From Euprymna scolopes (Eukaryota): a stretch of DNA of 64,000 nucleotides. The position numbers and the translations under genes were made by a program. Positions 62,355 through 64,000 of this stretch are shown piece after piece (within the stretch, counting starts at the first letter, position 1; each line of letters starts with the position of its first letter). The DNA lies in NCBI GenBank assembly GCA_053919585.1, contig CM132824.1; one strand, given 5' to 3'. The notes beneath the pieces were generated by a model that worked only from the letters and a program-made list of their open reading frames with translations, was not told the DNA's origin and did not search any database.

Positions 62355-62422
<68 letters not shown>

Positions 62423-62634
62423 TTTGATATTTTGTGCTTGACTTCTATTTGTGACCTTGTGAGGGGCGCTAACAACAACAACAACAACAACAAACAAATG
62501 TATAAAATAAAATATTCTAAATCGTTTAAGAAACGTTCGTATGTCAAATATTTATTGCGCTTGAATTCTTGGCACGGATATAAATAATGTGCTAATTTTA
62601 TTTATCTCAACCTACTCTCTCTTTTGATATCATA

Positions 62635-62689
<55 letters not shown>

Positions 62690-62869
62690 GTATTGCCGAA
62701 TACTAGAATAGCAATTGTGAGGTTGTAACAATATTTATATCTTTTAACACAGGTGTTGGCAACCCATTCGGCCCGCAAGCTGGATCGTTTTAATGACGGG
62801 TTGCAGGCCGGACAAGATCCATTAATAAAAAATTAACGAAAAAATGAATGGAAAATTACATATATTACA

Positions 62870-63436
62870 CAAAGGTATCTGATGTGTCTGGAAATGTTCT
62901 TACGTAGGTTTTGTATCGGAATGCGACTACTAAGCATCGAAAATCGATAATCAAAACCATCTGATTCAAGAAAAAAGTCCGATTTTTACCAAAGTTAACA
63001 CTTTTATACAACCTAAAATCACAAGTGCATTTGAGAAGTTATATCACCGCACAAACAAAAAGGCACATTCTATAGAATCAACCGTAGAGTCTTTTATAAG
63101 ACAAGAGCGCGTTTCTTTTTAGAGCACAATTGAATCCTTATATTTGACTTTTGCATTTTATACTTTAAGTGAAGCTATTATTTACAGATAATTTTATAAA
63201 GCTAACAATATATTCTCTACAGTGCAATGTAGACTATTACTAAATCATAACGGGGATGGATGTGAATCTTCTTCCCAGTACACTGCGGAGTTGGATGGGG
63301 TGCCTAACTAAAGCAGGCAAACAATCGAGTTAATTAAAAATTGGGCGATTTCACCGATATCGATGACAATGAACGTATGGGAAGGTGAAATATTTGTTGA
63401 TTCTCTTGCAATCCCGGACAACGTCGGGTTTCCCTG

Positions 63437-63440
<4 letters not shown>
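62870..63440 (+). mobile_element. Non-autonomous Helitron family A copy
   Basis: Colinear with 12295-12835; ends cccggacaacgtcgggtttccctgcta followed by (TA)n. Confidence 0.75.
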
Positions 63441-63496
<56 letters not shown>

Positions 63497-64000
63497 CGTT
63501 TTTCTTTTGTGTGTATTGATATTCATATTAAAAATCCCCTTTTCTATTTATTTACAAGGTAAATACAATTTTGTTATATCTGGCTTGTGGAATTGCATTC
63601 ACTAGCAAACGATCTAGCTAATTTGCATATTCTTTTAAACATTCGTTTTAATTAATTCCCTATTAGTTTTTTCGGCTTTCTTATAGGAGGATCATCTTTA
63701 GTAAACTATTACGTGTAATTATATTCATGAAGATATTCTACTTGATTTATACTTGCATAATATTTGCGTAAAAAGTTTACAGGAAACACAAAATTGTTTC
63801 CATATATATTAGTATACGTANNNNNNNNNNNNNNNNNNNNNNNNNNNNNNNNNNNNNNNNNNNNNNNNNNNNNNNNNNNNNNNNNNNNNNNNNNNNNNNN
63901 NNNNNNNNNNNNNNNNNNNNNNNNNNNNNNNNNNNNNNNNNNNNNNNNNNNNNNNNNNNNACTCTGTCAATTTTCAGTCTACAGACTGGAAATTTGATAT

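Overview
AT-rich, repeat-dense animal genomic DNA (invertebrate, plausibly mollusc; not determinable from sequence alone) with five N-gaps. Only two host protein-coding genes can be supported, and both are UDP-glycosyltransferases (GT1/UGT family) whose coding sequence has no introns within the window. They are transcribed divergently, about 22.5 kb apart. One is complete at 23800-25317 (+). The other is absent from the ORF track because it runs off the left edge (1261 to <1, minus strand); it keeps an open frame but has an unusually altered UDP-sugar-binding signature. The rest is mostly mobile DNA. Retroelements: one intact single-ORF CR1-group (Zenon-like) LINE with a long structured leader, inserted in a 22-23 bp minisatellite, plus several decayed relatives; a decayed Gypsy-type LTR element in whose coding sequence three separate minisatellites arose; and fragments of RTE, Tx1/L1, R4/Dong-type and Penelope elements. 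DNA transposons: a decayed Academ transposon (TAG...CTA ends, about 320 bp TIRs, 3 bp TSD), two copies of a TAG...CTA non-autonomous element with 9 bp TSDs, many non-autonomous Helitrons, and mariner/Tc1 fragments. Also present are tRNA-derived SINEs, a 5S rRNA pseudogene and a U2 snRNA fragment. Family assignments come from manual motif recognition; no searches were run.
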